DNA from: an uncultured Candidatus Poseidoniales archaeon | Lineage (GTDB): Archaea > Thermoplasmatota > Poseidoniia > Poseidoniales > Thalassarchaeaceae | Assembly (NCBI GenBank): GCA_902625325.1 | Contig: CACOAW010000004.1 | Span: 50,647-114,646 of the forward strand | DNA: 64,000 nt | Direction of reading: 5' to 3' | In this document: one piece after another, positions 47,716 to 58,275 of the stretch | How the letters are laid out: each line of letters starts with the position of its first letter | How positions within the stretch are numbered: the stretch's first letter is position 1 | Notes under the pieces: generated by a model | The model's input: only the letters and a program-made list of their open reading frames with translations | What the model was told of the DNA's origin: nothing | The model's database searches: none | Translations under genes and position numbers: made by a program

Positions 47716-49290
47716 TTGATGCTACATTCCCCTACCGTCAATTCAGTGGCACGCCATAGTTCAAGCCCCAATGTCCCGGTTCCTGATAGGATAATTCTAC
47801 ATCTCTGGGAGCAGGACTTCCAAGCAGACCACTTCATAGTCACCTCAGATGTAACTCGCTCCGGGATAGCAGAATCCTGCGCCTTGCATCCTCCAAATGT
47901 CTCTCGAGCAATGAGGCAACTAAACTCTCAGGGACTTATTTCGCAACACAGCAGACCAGTCAGAGGGGACAACCGAAGGCAAAAGACATGGCAACTAACC
48001 GATGAAGGGAGGGAAACCGCAAGAGAGAGGATTTCTGAACTTCGTTCCATTTTAGTACTGATTAGATCGAAAGAGGGAGAGGTACTAGAAATACGAGCAG
48101 ATGAGGCTGCGACCAAACTCCAGGCGGGACTAAGTCTGTTACAGATTTTGATGCATGCACAGCATGAGGGAGTACTAAATTTCGGGGATATCCGTTTTGG
48201 GGCTCTCGTGGCCGGAGGCACTGCAGAGCCGAAACCAGGGTCGATTTCACTCCTCACTGGTGCTCATTCAACATACAATACAGCTCCACCGAAGACTCGT
48301 ATAGTTCATGGAAGAAAGGAAGAAATGACCAGTCTTGATAACTGGTATCAATCAGGAAAACCACTCCTCACCCTTTCTGGAATAGCTGGATGTGGTAAGA
48401 CCACTCTTGTCTCACACTGGATTTCTGACTTAATCACCAATTCTAGTGGGCTAAATACAATGTACTATCCTTGTCAGCCTTGGGATTCCTCCTTAGGTAT
48501 CGCCACTAGTCTCCTACATCGAATAGGTATCAGAGATGAATCTGATGATCCTTACAACGTCTTAGATACCCTCCCCTACAAACCAGCAGCGAGACTGGAA
48601 ATTGACTTATTTAGACGCCGTCTGACTGCCCATCTTCAAGATGAGGACTCATTGATTGAGCATGATCAAGGAATCGAAACCCTGGTAATACTGGATGACG
48701 TTCACAATATTGGTAGTCAGGGAGACCATCTCTTCGGGGCACTTCTCCAGATAGCCGAAAATACTAATCTGAGATTATTGTTGATTTCCCGCACGAATTT
48801 GGCATTCTACGATCGTAGATATGTGCATACCTTGGATAAGGTATCAGAAATGGCTTTATCAGGCCTGAAACAAGAGGAAATAGAATCATGGATAGAACAA
48901 TTCAACATATCCGAAAACATTCATGCTTCCGAAATCCATAGAGTGACAGGGGGGCATCCTCTGGCCGTAGAATTGCTCGAGATGTACGGACAGACAATGC
49001 ACGAAGACTGGCTCAGGTTCCTGGATGAAGAGATTCTCAATGTTCTTCCAAGACCACACAGGGAGATACTATCCGTTTTGGCCACCTCTGATAGGCCAGT
49101 ACCATGGAAAAAACTAGCCAAGGCCGCTGGAGTAGATGGAAACCCTCCTGGACAACTAGTCGAGAGGGGTTTGATGTTAGAATTAGAAGAGGGTATGTGG
49201 TTACACGAAGCTCTCCGAGCTAGGCTATTGAGAGAAGTTGGAAAGCCCTTCCAAGAAAGATTGGACAGACTGAATAGAAATGAGAACTAG
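47716..49290 (+). CDS. Winged-helix plus AAA/P-loop ATPase regulatory protein (archaeal ATPase PF01637-like / STAND-like)
   Basis: N-terminal wH '[29 protein letters not shown]'; Walker A '[13 protein letters not shown]'; Walker B 'LVILDDVHN'; C-terminal helical/HTH-like region; 524 aa. Confidence 0.6.
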   Translation: MMLHSPTVNSVARHSSSPNVPVPDRIILHLWEQDFQADHFIVTSDVTRSGIAESCALHPPNVSRAMRQLNSQGLISQHSRPVRGDNRRQKTWQLTDEGRETARERISELRSILVLIRSKEGEVLEIRADEAATKLQAGLSLLQILMHAQHEGVLNFGDIRFGALVAGGTAEPKPGSISLLTGAHSTYNTAPPKTRIVHGRKEEMTSLDNWYQSGKPLLTLSGIAGCGKTTLVSHWISDLITNSSGLNTMYYPCQPWDSSLGIATSLLHRIGIRDESDDPYNVLDTLPYKPAARLEIDLFRRRLTAHLQDEDSLIEHDQGIETLVILDDVHNIGSQGDHLFGALLQIAENTNLRLLLISRTNLAFYDRRYVHTLDKVSEMALSGLKQEEIESWIEQFNISENIHASEIHRVTGGHPLAVELLEMYGQTMHEDWLRFLDEEILNVLPRPHREILSVLATSDRPVPWKKLAKAAGVDGNPPGQLVERGLMLELEEGMWLHEALRARLLREVGKPFQERLDRLNRNEN

Positions 49291-49607
49291 GAACTCATAT
49301 GTCTGTCTAGCCACGAATCCATACTTTGCTTTGGCATTGCACCAGTCATCCTGTCGACTACCTCTCCGTTTCTAAACAGAATTAGGGCGGGTATACCTCT
49401 AATTCCAAATCTTCCGGAGGTAAGTGGATTTACATCAGTGTTCACCTTTGCAATAGTAATCTCCCTCTCATCTGCAATCTGTGATAGAACGGGCCCCACC
49501 ATCCTACAGGGTCCACACCATGGAGCCCAGAAATCTGCAAGCACCCACTCGTCACTCTTTGTCATCACGTCAAAGTCTGTATCACCAGTATCAACAACCT
49601 TGCCCAT
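49287..49607 (-). CDS. trxA: Thioredoxin
   Basis: '[14 protein letters not shown]', '[11 protein letters not shown]'. Start taken at MGKVVD (track ORF extends to 49640). Confidence 0.85.
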   Translation of the reverse strand: MGKVVDTGDTDFDVMTKSDEWVLADFWAPWCGPCRMVGPVLSQIADEREITIAKVNTDVNPLTSGRFGIRGIPALILFRNGEVVDRMTGAMPKQSMDSWLDRHMSS

Positions 49608-49708
49608 CACTCTTCCCAACCAATTGCCTCGTATCAACATGTGTGTTGGTGTTAAGACATTCTTAGAAGGTATTGAGAACCATCCCCCCTTCCCCCTAGA
49701 CGGGAAAT

Positions 49709-50389
49709 ATGCAGATCACTCCTAGTATACTTACTGCAGACTTCTGCAGATTAGGCGAAACCCTGGATGAAGCTATCGATGCTGGAATAGATTGGTTACA
49801 CATGGACGTAATGGATGGCAATTGGGTCATAAATAGGACAATCACGTTTGGGCCAGCACTAATCAGGTCAGTAAGAGAAAGAGTAGGGCAGGACGTTTTC
49901 ATCGATTGTCATCTGATGATCAACAATGCCGAGGAGACATGGGAGCAATATGCAGATGCAGGAGTGAACATGGTAATCGCTCATATTGAGGCTGTAGATG
50001 ATTTTCCAAGGTTAATCTCAGATCTCCACAATTCCAGTATCCAATCCGGTTGTGTTCTAAACCCTGAAACACATGTAAAGGACGTCCTGCCTATCCTGAA
50101 CGATCTAGATTTAGTTCTAGTCATGTCCGTAGTCCCAGGAAAAGGAGGCCAGTCTTTCATCCCAGAAGTAGAGGAAAAGGTAACGACTCTGCGGAAGAAA
50201 ATAGATATGCAGATTGAAAATGGTGGAAGGAAAACGAAACTGATGATCGATGGTGGGATCAAGTATCACAATGCAAAACTAGTGGCAGACTGGGGAGTCG
50301 ATGTCGCAGTGGTCGGATCAGGACTGATTAACAATGACGGAACCATATCTGAGAATTTAGAATCAATAACTAGTGCCATGGAAACTTAG
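49709..50389 (+). CDS. rpe: Ribulose-phosphate 3-epimerase
   Basis: 'PSILTADF', '[10 protein letters not shown]', 'DCHLMI', '[16 protein letters not shown]'; 226 aa. Confidence 0.9.
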   Translation: MQITPSILTADFCRLGETLDEAIDAGIDWLHMDVMDGNWVINRTITFGPALIRSVRERVGQDVFIDCHLMINNAEETWEQYADAGVNMVIAHIEAVDDFPRLISDLHNSSIQSGCVLNPETHVKDVLPILNDLDLVLVMSVVPGKGGQSFIPEVEEKVTTLRKKIDMQIENGGRKTKLMIDGGIKYHNAKLVADWGVDVAVVGSGLINNDGTISENLESITSAMET

Positions 50390-50401
50390 TTTAATATCGG
50401 A

Positions 50402-50743
50402 ATGCCCCTATCCTTGACCATGGTAACCCCCGATTGGATGACAACCGAGATTCTCAAGATAGTTCCCGACGCCGAAGTGGAAGTATCCGATTTACATGGA
50501 ACGGGCGACCACTTCCATGTCAGAGTTATTTCACAGAGCTTTGAGGGTGTGATGCCGCTTCAAAGACAGAAGCCAATTCTCAACCATTTCAAGCAGTTTA
50601 TCACCGACAATACTGTGCATGCTCTAGATCTAAAATGTATGACTCCGAAACAAGCAGAGAAGAACTCTAAGACAGCTTTCGACCCACATGGTCAAGAGAC
50701 AGAGTTCTTTGGAGTCCATATCAGAAGACCAAGGAAGGAGTGA
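50402..50743 (+). CDS. bolA: BolA family protein
   Basis: 'GTGDHFHVRVISQSFEG', 'RQKPILNHF', 'VHALDLKCMTPKQ'; 113 aa. Overlaps the downstream grx by 4 nt. Confidence 0.7.
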   Translation: MPLSLTMVTPDWMTTEILKIVPDAEVEVSDLHGTGDHFHVRVISQSFEGVMPLQRQKPILNHFKQFITDNTVHALDLKCMTPKQAEKNSKTAFDPHGQETEFFGVHIRRPRKE

Positions 50744-51096
50744 TTGAAATGAGTTTTGACTGGACACCCGAAGAGCTGCAAAAAGTTGTTGATGACAATA
50801 AAATTGTGATTTTTATGAAGGGCACACCCGACCAACCACAATGTGGATTCTCAGCAAGAGGAGCCCAAGTTATCAGCATGCTAGCAAATGAACTTGGGAT
50901 GGAGACATTTGCTAGTGTCAACGTCCTTTCGGATCCTAGAGCAAGATCAGCGCTGAAGGAGTGGTCAGATTTCCCCACCATTCCCCAAGTCTTCATCAAC
51001 GGAGAATTGATCGGGGGGTCAGATATCGCCCTAGAGCTGTATGAATCAGGAGATCTTCAGAACATGCTTAGCGATGATAGTAATGCATCGGAGTGA
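50740..51096 (+). CDS. grxD: Monothiol glutaredoxin (Grx4/GrxD family, CGFS active site)
   Basis: 'IVIFMKGTPDQPQCGFSARG', 'TIPQVFINGELIGGSDI'; 118 aa. Confidence 0.85.
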   Translation: MIEMSFDWTPEELQKVVDDNKIVIFMKGTPDQPQCGFSARGAQVISMLANELGMETFASVNVLSDPRARSALKEWSDFPTIPQVFINGELIGGSDIALELYESGDLQNMLSDDSNASE

Positions 51097-51105
51097 TGGA
51101 GGCTG

Positions 51106-52029
51106 ATGACGACGCCGGCAGATGACCGGCGCATTATGCTGATAGCCCTTGCGGGCGCCTCCCTGCTCTCGTTTGCCCCACTGCTCTACATACAATCCGA
51201 AACAACACCGATTACCGGGGCCTTCTTCAGAATGGTTTACGCAATCCCAATCCTATTCATCCTGGTTTTGTATTTGAACAGGGAAGATAACAGATCTTTC
51301 AACAGCAGGATGCTCACCTTTGCCGCTGGAATCCTTCTAGCCATTGACTTCGCAGGATATCACAGTGCCATTGACTACATTGGAAGTGGAATAGCAACAT
51401 TGATTGGAAACTCTCAGGTAATTATTGTCACATTAGTTAGCTGGTGGCTATTCGGTGAGAGGCCGAATCGGATGATATTGCTGGCACTGCCGATGGTAAT
51501 GATCGGACTCGTTTTCATAGCTGGTATCTGGGATGATGAACCGTATGGACAAGATCCATTGAAGGGAGTCGTCGGAGCCATCGTCGCAGCAATCTTCTAC
51601 TCTTCTTTCCTGATTCTGTACAGGTACTCAAATAGAATCCAAGCCCCCTCCGCGAATCTCCAATTCGATGCTACCATAGGAGCAGCAATTGGCCTTCTTC
51701 TGGTCGGAATCGCTCCCTTGGAAAGATTGGACATCGAACCAATAGACTTCACAATGAACTGGCCTGGCCATGGGTGGTTATTCCTATTAGCCATATCGTG
51801 CCAAGTAATTGGCTGGATTGCTATTACATTCGCCCTCCCTCGCCTTCCAGCCGCACATACCTCCTTCGCGGTTCTATTACAACCGGTTCTCACAATAGTC
51901 TGGGCCGTAATCCTTCTTTCTGAGCAGCCTTCGTTGCAGCAGATAGTTGGGATGACCCTCATTTTCTCAGCTATCATCGCTGTGACTTTGTTTGGGGATT
52001 CTCAAACCGAGAAACATAATATAGATTAG
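51106..52029 (+). CDS. DMT-superfamily (EamA-like) transporter
   Basis: 307 aa, 10 TM segments in two 5-TM halves. Confidence 0.65.
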   Translation: MTTPADDRRIMLIALAGASLLSFAPLLYIQSETTPITGAFFRMVYAIPILFILVLYLNREDNRSFNSRMLTFAAGILLAIDFAGYHSAIDYIGSGIATLIGNSQVIIVTLVSWWLFGERPNRMILLALPMVMIGLVFIAGIWDDEPYGQDPLKGVVGAIVAAIFYSSFLILYRYSNRIQAPSANLQFDATIGAAIGLLLVGIAPLERLDIEPIDFTMNWPGHGWLFLLAISCQVIGWIAITFALPRLPAAHTSFAVLLQPVLTIVWAVILLSEQPSLQQIVGMTLIFSAIIAVTLFGDSQTEKHNID

Positions 52030-52228
52030 AACTTGCAAATTTCCTGCCAATTTTAAGCAGTCTGCTAACCAACCAAAAGGTGTACAGGAGAGAGATAAAT
52101 GCGAGGGGATGGGATGCACTCAGCGAGAACCTTTCGTCCTGTACAAACGTGACAGACAGGAGGCAATAGTTAATCGTTGTGAGGAACGGAAGAATATCTA
52201 GCCAAATCCGGATAAAAAGAATGTCTAT

Positions 52229-53242
52229 TTACTCCACTGTCAGAATCTCTGGACCGCCCTCTGTTACGAATACCGTGTGCTCGAATTGCCCCACAACTCC
52301 CTTATCGACATCCCTGAGTGCGCTGTAGACCTCTAGGAACCTGATCGATGTCAACTTCTTGATTAGAGCCTTCCATTTCCTTCTCAGGGACTCCTCGCTC
52401 TCCTCTGGGAAGGGCTTGCTAAGCAGAGGGAATGCCCATCTCTCTGCGAAAGGTAGGGTGTTGTACCTCTCTTCGATATATCTCGCCATAGTAGCGCCCA
52501 GTGGTTTCAACTTACCTTTGGACAGGGCCTTTCTAATCCTCACATCTCCGGTCACTCTCAGAATATTGGACGAATCAGAGGGAGGTACATTCTCAATCAT
52601 CCCACTTTTTCCTGTGGTATTGAATGGCTCAATAGCATATACCCCCCCTTCCTCAACCTCCCCTCTGTAACCAGGATTGTTAGGACCACATGCGAACATA
52701 GGTATTGAAACCCCAGAGTGTAGATTCCATCTTTCCATCTTGTGACCGCTAAGATTCCTGATTGGTTCGAAGCCAGCATCTATCGTTGCTTGTTGTGCTG
52801 CCTCCCCGACCACATGCCATGGTGTTCCCGGGTGCATCTTTTCGATAGCTGCGTCTCGTGCCTCTCTCGCTGCTCTTATCTGCTCAGTGTGCTCTCCCCC
52901 ATTCCCCACTTCTACTGTGAGAGCATTGTCTCCTAGGGCCCCTTTGATGTGGACGCCAACATCCAGCTTGACTAAATCCCCTTTTTGGAAGATCATCTCG
53001 CCTTCGAAGCCCTCAGGAGGAGTCCGCTCTGTGTTGGAGGTGTAATGTGCGGCCATATCGTTAACAGAAATAGTCACAGGGAATGCAGCCTTACCTCCGT
53101 GCCTTCTGATGAACCTCTCTGCCGAATCTATTACTTCTGACCACTCCTTTCCTTCTACAATCTCTCCCTTTATGCCTTCAAGGGTTCTTCTGGCTACGTG
53201 ACCAGCATCTCGCCATTGCTTCAGATTCTGCTCTTCCACCAT
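52229..53242 (-). CDS. map: Methionine aminopeptidase type 2 (archaeal/eukaryotic type)
   Basis: 'AFPVTISVNDMAAHY', 'DLVKLDVGVHIKG', 'HTVFVTEGGPEILT'; 337 aa including the type-2 insert. Confidence 0.9.
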   Translation of the reverse strand: MVEEQNLKQWRDAGHVARRTLEGIKGEIVEGKEWSEVIDSAERFIRRHGGKAAFPVTISVNDMAAHYTSNTERTPPEGFEGEMIFQKGDLVKLDVGVHIKGALGDNALTVEVGNGGEHTEQIRAAREARDAAIEKMHPGTPWHVVGEAAQQATIDAGFEPIRNLSGHKMERWNLHSGVSIPMFACGPNNPGYRGEVEEGGVYAIEPFNTTGKSGMIENVPPSDSSNILRVTGDVRIRKALSKGKLKPLGATMARYIEERYNTLPFAERWAFPLLSKPFPEESEESLRRKWKALIKKLTSIRFLEVYSALRDVDKGVVGQFEHTVFVTEGGPEILTVE

Positions 53243-53823
53243 GACAAAACTTCCTCGGAACTAATCTTCCCTTCTCTGATTACCTCAATACTCGACGACT
53301 CAGGTGAGTCCCAGACCGTATGCCATGCTATCAAAGTACTGGGTGGTCCTCCTTCACAGACACCATCGACACCGACAATTGATTCCTCGGCCCCTCGAAG
53401 AGACTCTGCGGCTTCTACACAATCTAACAAGGGCTCCTGTCCAGAAACATTTGCACTAGTTGCTGTCAGCGGACCCGTCCTACTGAGCAACTTCTTGGCC
53501 TTTCTGTTCGATACCACTCTGACGGCCACCTTGTTCCCCCCGAGTCTAGAGTCCATCTCATTCTTCGCTCTAAGTATAACAGTCAGAGATCCTTCTGGAA
53601 ACACATCAAGAATTTCGTTTACGTCATCAGGGACATGAACTATCTCACTAGCCTGACTCAGGCTCACAACACCGAGACTCACAGGAGCTCCACTACTCCT
53701 TCCCTTTATCCGGTAAAGCCTGTCTAAGGCATTTGAATCTGGGATACATCCCAGGGCAGGCAGCGTAGACGTAGGATAAACGATACAACCTCCTGAGAGA
53801 ACCCATTCGATGGCGTCTTCCAA
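53221..53823 (-). CDS. tsaC: L-threonylcarbamoyladenylate synthase (Sua5/YrdC/TsaC family)
   Basis: 'VYPTSTLPALGC', 'RLYRIKGRSSGAPVSL', 'TATSANVSGQEP'; 200 aa, YrdC domain only. Confidence 0.8.
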   Translation of the reverse strand: MEDAIEWVLSGGCIVYPTSTLPALGCIPDSNALDRLYRIKGRSSGAPVSLGVVSLSQASEIVHVPDDVNEILDVFPEGSLTVILRAKNEMDSRLGGNKVAVRVVSNRKAKKLLSRTGPLTATSANVSGQEPLLDCVEAAESLRGAEESIVGVDGVCEGGPPSTLIAWHTVWDSPESSSIEVIREGKISSEEVLSWWKSRI

Positions 53824-53831
53824 GTCTACAC

Positions 53832-54404
53832 CTACTTGATATTCTTCCTACTCGCCGGGGGAAGAGACTCAGAATGTGCGACGATTGTACCTACACTTAG
53901 ATCAAGATTTGATTGATGGGTATGCCTCTGCGAAATCCTAGCTAATTCGTAAATACCGAAGTACAGGTTTACAACTGGAAGCAGGTAGAGTAACTTCGCA
54001 AAGGCCCTCCTATCCCAAATATTGCTTTCCACTTTACTCCCATCTTCCATAACGATGGCAATTCCCAGGACTTTTTGACCAAGAGACCTAGACAATGCCA
54101 AACCCGTCAATCTCCAGTACAGCCAGTGGGTGGTGAGAAAAATAGCAGCGAAAGCAACAGCATAGTGGAAATCCGAGGAAGACCACAGGGAGATGTTCAA
54201 TGCGTTTGCAATCATTCCTCTAGTAGCTAAATTTAGAATCGAGACAACGATAACTACGTCAATCACGAAGGCTACGAGCCTCTTGGATCCAGAAGAAAGG
54301 ATTGTACCATCCGGGACTGACCAGTGTTCCTGCTCCTGAGAAACAATGGCCTTGGCTAGAGTTCCTCCTCCATGAATGGAGATTGGGGAGTCATGATCAC
54401 CCAT
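53832..54404 (-). CDS. RDD-family membrane protein
   Basis: 'KRLVAFVIDVVIVV...SRSLGQKVLGIAIVMEDGS' fits the R-D-D spacing and 3-TM pattern; 190 aa. Confidence 0.5.
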   Translation of the reverse strand: MGDHDSPISIHGGGTLAKAIVSQEQEHWSVPDGTILSSGSKRLVAFVIDVVIVVSILNLATRGMIANALNISLWSSSDFHYAVAFAAIFLTTHWLYWRLTGLALSRSLGQKVLGIAIVMEDGSKVESNIWDRRAFAKLLYLLPVVNLYFGIYELARISQRHTHQSNLDLSVGTIVAHSESLPPASRKNIK

Positions 54405-54413
54405 CGTTACGCC

Positions 54414-56342
54414 TCACGCTGTCCCCAAGAGATGCCATGCCTCAAGTTTGCTACTCCTGATGTGATCAATCCAAGCTCTCCAATTATCGTCATGTCTGAG
54501 AGTTTCCGGGTTACCTACCACTATGAGTCCTCTCTTAGATCTGGTTAGTGCTACGTTCAATCTCCTACCATCCGAAAGGAAACCTACATTGCCATCGGGG
54601 TTGGATCTCACACTGGAGAAGATTATCACGTCCTTCTCCCTTCCCTGGTACCCGTCCACCGTCCTGACCTCAACATCCTGCATTGATTCTGGAATCATGT
54701 CCCTTATCGCCCTTACTTGGCCGGCATATGGGGTGACTATCCCTATATCTGAAAATTCTAGTCTACCCTCTTCGATTAGTCCCATCAATATCTTAACAAC
54801 CCATGAAGCTTCAACAGGATTCTCCTTCGAGGCTCCGTCTGGAGATAGTAACTCCTCCCCTTCGACAGGTAGGAATGCCAGAGGAGCATCCCAATCTGGC
54901 CAGAGCATACCTGCAGGAGCCTCTCTATCCGATTTATCCACTCCATCCTCGAGTTTCCCATCGTAGAATCTCTTGTTCGGAAAATCGGAAATTGAAGGAT
55001 GCATTCTGTATTGGGTGGTAAGCATGAGCGGAGCGATACCCATCTCAACTAGGCGTTCGAAGAGGGATCTATCCAAACCACCTTTCTCTGCTCGACGTGA
55101 AATGACGGTTGGCGGCAGTTGTCTGTGGTCTCCGACAAGGACAATCTGCCTAGATCCCTTAACCAGAGGAACCAATGATGCTGGCTCCGTCGCCTGAGTT
55201 GCCTCGTCGATAAGAACCCTAGAAAAACTCCTTCCGTCGAGTAAATCATGTCCGGAACCTATGCACGTACAACACAGAACCTGAGCCCTATCCAGAATAT
55301 CATCCCTAATCTGTCTTTCAAGCCTCCTTACCTCCTTCCACCCTCGACTCAAATCCCTATGTGCAAGTCCTTTTTCCTTCCCTCCTCGCATCCCCTTTAT
55401 CCTACGGGATAGCTTTTCATTCCTCTCAATCTCCTCGATTAAGTCCCTGTTAAGCTCGTGACTCTCCATTCTAGCATCCATTGTGGCCTCTCTCAGACTC
55501 TCTCTAACCTTCACTGGTTGTCCGAGCCTCACGGTCCTAATTCCTCTTTCAAGCAGGCCCTCTAGCAGGTTATCGACAGCAACATTAGAATCTGCGACAG
55601 CTAAAACGGTACCAGTATCTTGAATCGCCCAGTTCTCCAATATTCTTACCGCAGTATGAGTCTTTCCCGTACCCGGGGGGCCCTGAATCAAAGTCAATCT
55701 CCTACTGATTCCCATCTTGGCAGCCTCCCTCTGGGACTCGTTCAGGTCACTAGGAAGTGGAACCCTGACCTCCTTAGCCCCTTTCATCTCTGGAATTAGG
55801 GAAGCGGTGGCTTCTGGATCGTGTACAAGACCAAGTAGAAGCTCCCTTAGTGGGGCGCCTCCACTCTCTTCGAAAATTGAATTCAACGCATCTCTCATCC
55901 TATCGAATGCAACTCGATTGGCTCCCCTGTCAATTCTCCACGTTCCTTTTCTAAGTCCCTTTGGAGCCTCGGGTAGTACCACTCTAATCGAGTCTCTGCT
56001 TCTATTGCTGACTATTGCCTCTATGGGTTTTTCAGTTAATGGATTGCTCCTACTGAGCATGATGATGTCGCCCTGCCTGAATCTATGAGAGCCCAGGCCC
56101 CTCCCAGCTCCTCTTCGAAATCTTATCACTCGTTGGCCGAATAACCAGCCATCAGTCTTAGCGCTCAAACCAAAAAGAGCAATCCCATTTGCTTCGAGTT
56201 TCTTATCCGACCAATTCCTCAATCTCTCCTCAGTCATTGCCAACTCATCTTCTAGTTCCCATCTGATTAGACGAAGATAGGCCTCATGGTGGTCCTGGCT
56301 CCTCTGGAAGCGACTCGCAATATCCTTCTCAGAACCTGCCAC
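54414..56342 (-). CDS. Upf1/DNA2/NAM7-like superfamily 1B helicase
   Basis: Motif I 'LIQGPPGTGKTHTAV', motif II 'VLIDEATQATE', 'LVGDHRQLPP', 'QYRMHPSISDF', 'VDGYQGREKDVIIFS', 'LNVALTRSKRGLIVVG'; a 200-aa N-terminal domain precedes. Confidence 0.75.
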   Translation of the reverse strand: MAGSEKDIASRFQRSQDHHEAYLRLIRWELEDELAMTEERLRNWSDKKLEANGIALFGLSAKTDGWLFGQRVIRFRRGAGRGLGSHRFRQGDIIMLSRSNPLTEKPIEAIVSNRSRDSIRVVLPEAPKGLRKGTWRIDRGANRVAFDRMRDALNSIFEESGGAPLRELLLGLVHDPEATASLIPEMKGAKEVRVPLPSDLNESQREAAKMGISRRLTLIQGPPGTGKTHTAVRILENWAIQDTGTVLAVADSNVAVDNLLEGLLERGIRTVRLGQPVKVRESLREATMDARMESHELNRDLIEEIERNEKLSRRIKGMRGGKEKGLAHRDLSRGWKEVRRLERQIRDDILDRAQVLCCTCIGSGHDLLDGRSFSRVLIDEATQATEPASLVPLVKGSRQIVLVGDHRQLPPTVISRRAEKGGLDRSLFERLVEMGIAPLMLTTQYRMHPSISDFPNKRFYDGKLEDGVDKSDREAPAGMLWPDWDAPLAFLPVEGEELLSPDGASKENPVEASWVVKILMGLIEEGRLEFSDIGIVTPYAGQVRAIRDMIPESMQDVEVRTVDGYQGREKDVIIFSSVRSNPDGNVGFLSDGRRLNVALTRSKRGLIVVGNPETLRHDDNWRAWIDHIRSSKLEAWHLLGTA

Positions 56343-56469
56343 GACCTACCGTCACCTCTAGCCCCTATCACGGTTACTTGATGAACCTCTGACTCAATAA
56401 TCAATCCATTTCCAGTGAGAATTAAACGCTCGAAGTACTCGAGGGGGATATCCAGGGGGGACGGGACTG

Positions 56470-57577
56470 GTGTTTGACAGATTCAAGTCATGGAGCAATT
56501 CAAATTCCAAGGGCTTAGTTTGCCCATCCTGTCAGCATACTAATCAAGAGGGAACAAAGGTTTGCACGCGATGTTACTATCAAATAGACCGACCTTTCTT
56601 CCAGCAGAATTCCGGCCTAGAAGAAGATGAATCTACAGATCTCCTAGACCAACTTATGACCGAGATTGAACATCAGGAGGAGGAGGAAATCGCCCCCCCC
56701 TTCATTCGCATTAGATGATTTAACGGTCGAAGTATCACAATATGAGGAGGGAGAAGAAATCGTACTCGATAGAAAGCCAACCTTCGACTCAATGTTCCCT
56801 TCAGAGGAAGATGTCGATGAAGAATACGAACTGACTGCAGATGACATCCCCCAATTTGTCCAGAAGTTTGAGGTTCCAAAGGATTTACCGGAGGAAGAGG
56901 AAATTATTGAGCGGAGACAAATCGAATTAGTTCAACCAAACTCTGAAACACCAACGTTCGTACAGCCTACCCCTCCAAGTGAATTAATCGATGCAGAGGA
57001 GAGCGGGGTGCCACTCTCCAATCAACCACGATTGAAGCCAGAAGACTTCGATGGAGATGGTAAGATTGACGAATTCGAAGCGGCATTCTCCACAGAGTCC
57101 ACGGAACTGGACACCTCTCCGCAAATACCCCCTGCTCCTTCATTCTCAATCCCTAAAATCACCTCTCTTCCTTTACAAGAGGAAAGAGTCGTATCCCCCT
57201 CAGAAACAATACCAAAGTTGCCCTCGGCTCCAGTCATCCCTCAACAGGAAAACCCTCCAAAACCAAATGAGCATTCTGAAGAGCCCCCTACTTTTTGGCC
57301 TTGGCAGCAACAAGAGGAATGGCCCGCTGCAGAAATAATCAAACAATTGCAATCTGCAATCAGATCAGCTAAGGAGCAGAATACAGCCCAAGCCACCGTG
57401 CTATTGGATGAAGTAGGTCCTCATCTGGGGAACAGGACCTCATTGGTGTATTCAGTAGGAAGGCTACTAATGTCGATTGGTAGGAATTCAGAAGCCACAA
57501 GGATGGTGGAATCCGCGATAAAACTGCATCCAGATGACCCTGACCTAGTTCGAGCAAGTGAGAAACTGATTTCATAA
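56470..57577 (+). pseudogene. Zinc-ribbon / acidic linker / TPR-like protein interrupted by a frameshift at a C8 homopolymer (56693-56700)
   Basis: ORF A (56470-56718: CPSCQ..CTRC zinc ribbon, acidic tail) and ORF B (56666-57577: acidic repeats, C-terminal TPR-like helices) differ by +1 frame exactly across cccccccc. With C7 the reading is continuous ('EEEIAPPSFALDDLTVEV'). Confidence 0.4.
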
Positions 57578-57599
57578 CCTAGACTTCGACGCAGAACTG

Positions 57600-58211
57600 A
57601 TGCGGTGGGACCCTTCCCCGAGAATTATGCGGAGACGAGCCACTTCCACCATTCGAGTGGATGAGGGGCTGGTTCTAAGACCAGCTTCAAAGTCTCACAT
57701 AGCAGAAATAGTCGAAGCATTCGAGGAGACCTGGCCAGATGTGATGAGAGCAATGCCTTGGATTAATCCAGATATGGAAATAAGACCTCAGATTGAGGAT
57801 TTCATCAGAGACACAGAGAGGAAGGGCAGATCGGGCCTCCTTCATCACTGGGTGATGATACGTCCTTGGGATGGTTTTGTCATTGGATTAGTCGGCTTTG
57901 ATAGGGTTACTAGATCTGAGAGGGCGACTTGGAATTTGGGATACTGGGTAAGGAGCTCTGAACAAAGACACGGATATGCCAGGAGAAGTATAGACTCAGT
58001 TCTAGATTGGTTGGGACAGATCGGCGAAATGATTGTAGAAGTCAAGGTCGATCCCAACAACAAAGCCGGTTTAGAGACCGTAATCAGAACTGTCAGGAAA
58101 TGGAGAGGAGAGAGATGCGTTTCGGGAGACTCACCAATTACTGTCGCTGGAATCAGGACAATGCACGAGTGCCATTTGATAGAGTTGGGGCCAAGAACAT
58201 CCCCATCATAG
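57600..58211 (+). CDS. GNAT family N-acetyltransferase
   Basis: 'LGYWVRSSEQRHGYARRSI' (motif A, Q/RxxGxA-like), 203 aa. Start possibly at the internal Met10. Confidence 0.6.
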   Translation: MRWDPSPRIMRRRATSTIRVDEGLVLRPASKSHIAEIVEAFEETWPDVMRAMPWINPDMEIRPQIEDFIRDTERKGRSGLLHHWVMIRPWDGFVIGLVGFDRVTRSERATWNLGYWVRSSEQRHGYARRSIDSVLDWLGQIGEMIVEVKVDPNNKAGLETVIRTVRKWRGERCVSGDSPITVAGIRTMHECHLIELGPRTSPS

Positions 58212-58275
58212 GCAGACACAACCGTCGACCCATTCAAAAAACACCTCTTGACTGGAGATTCTGCCCAACAGGGCA

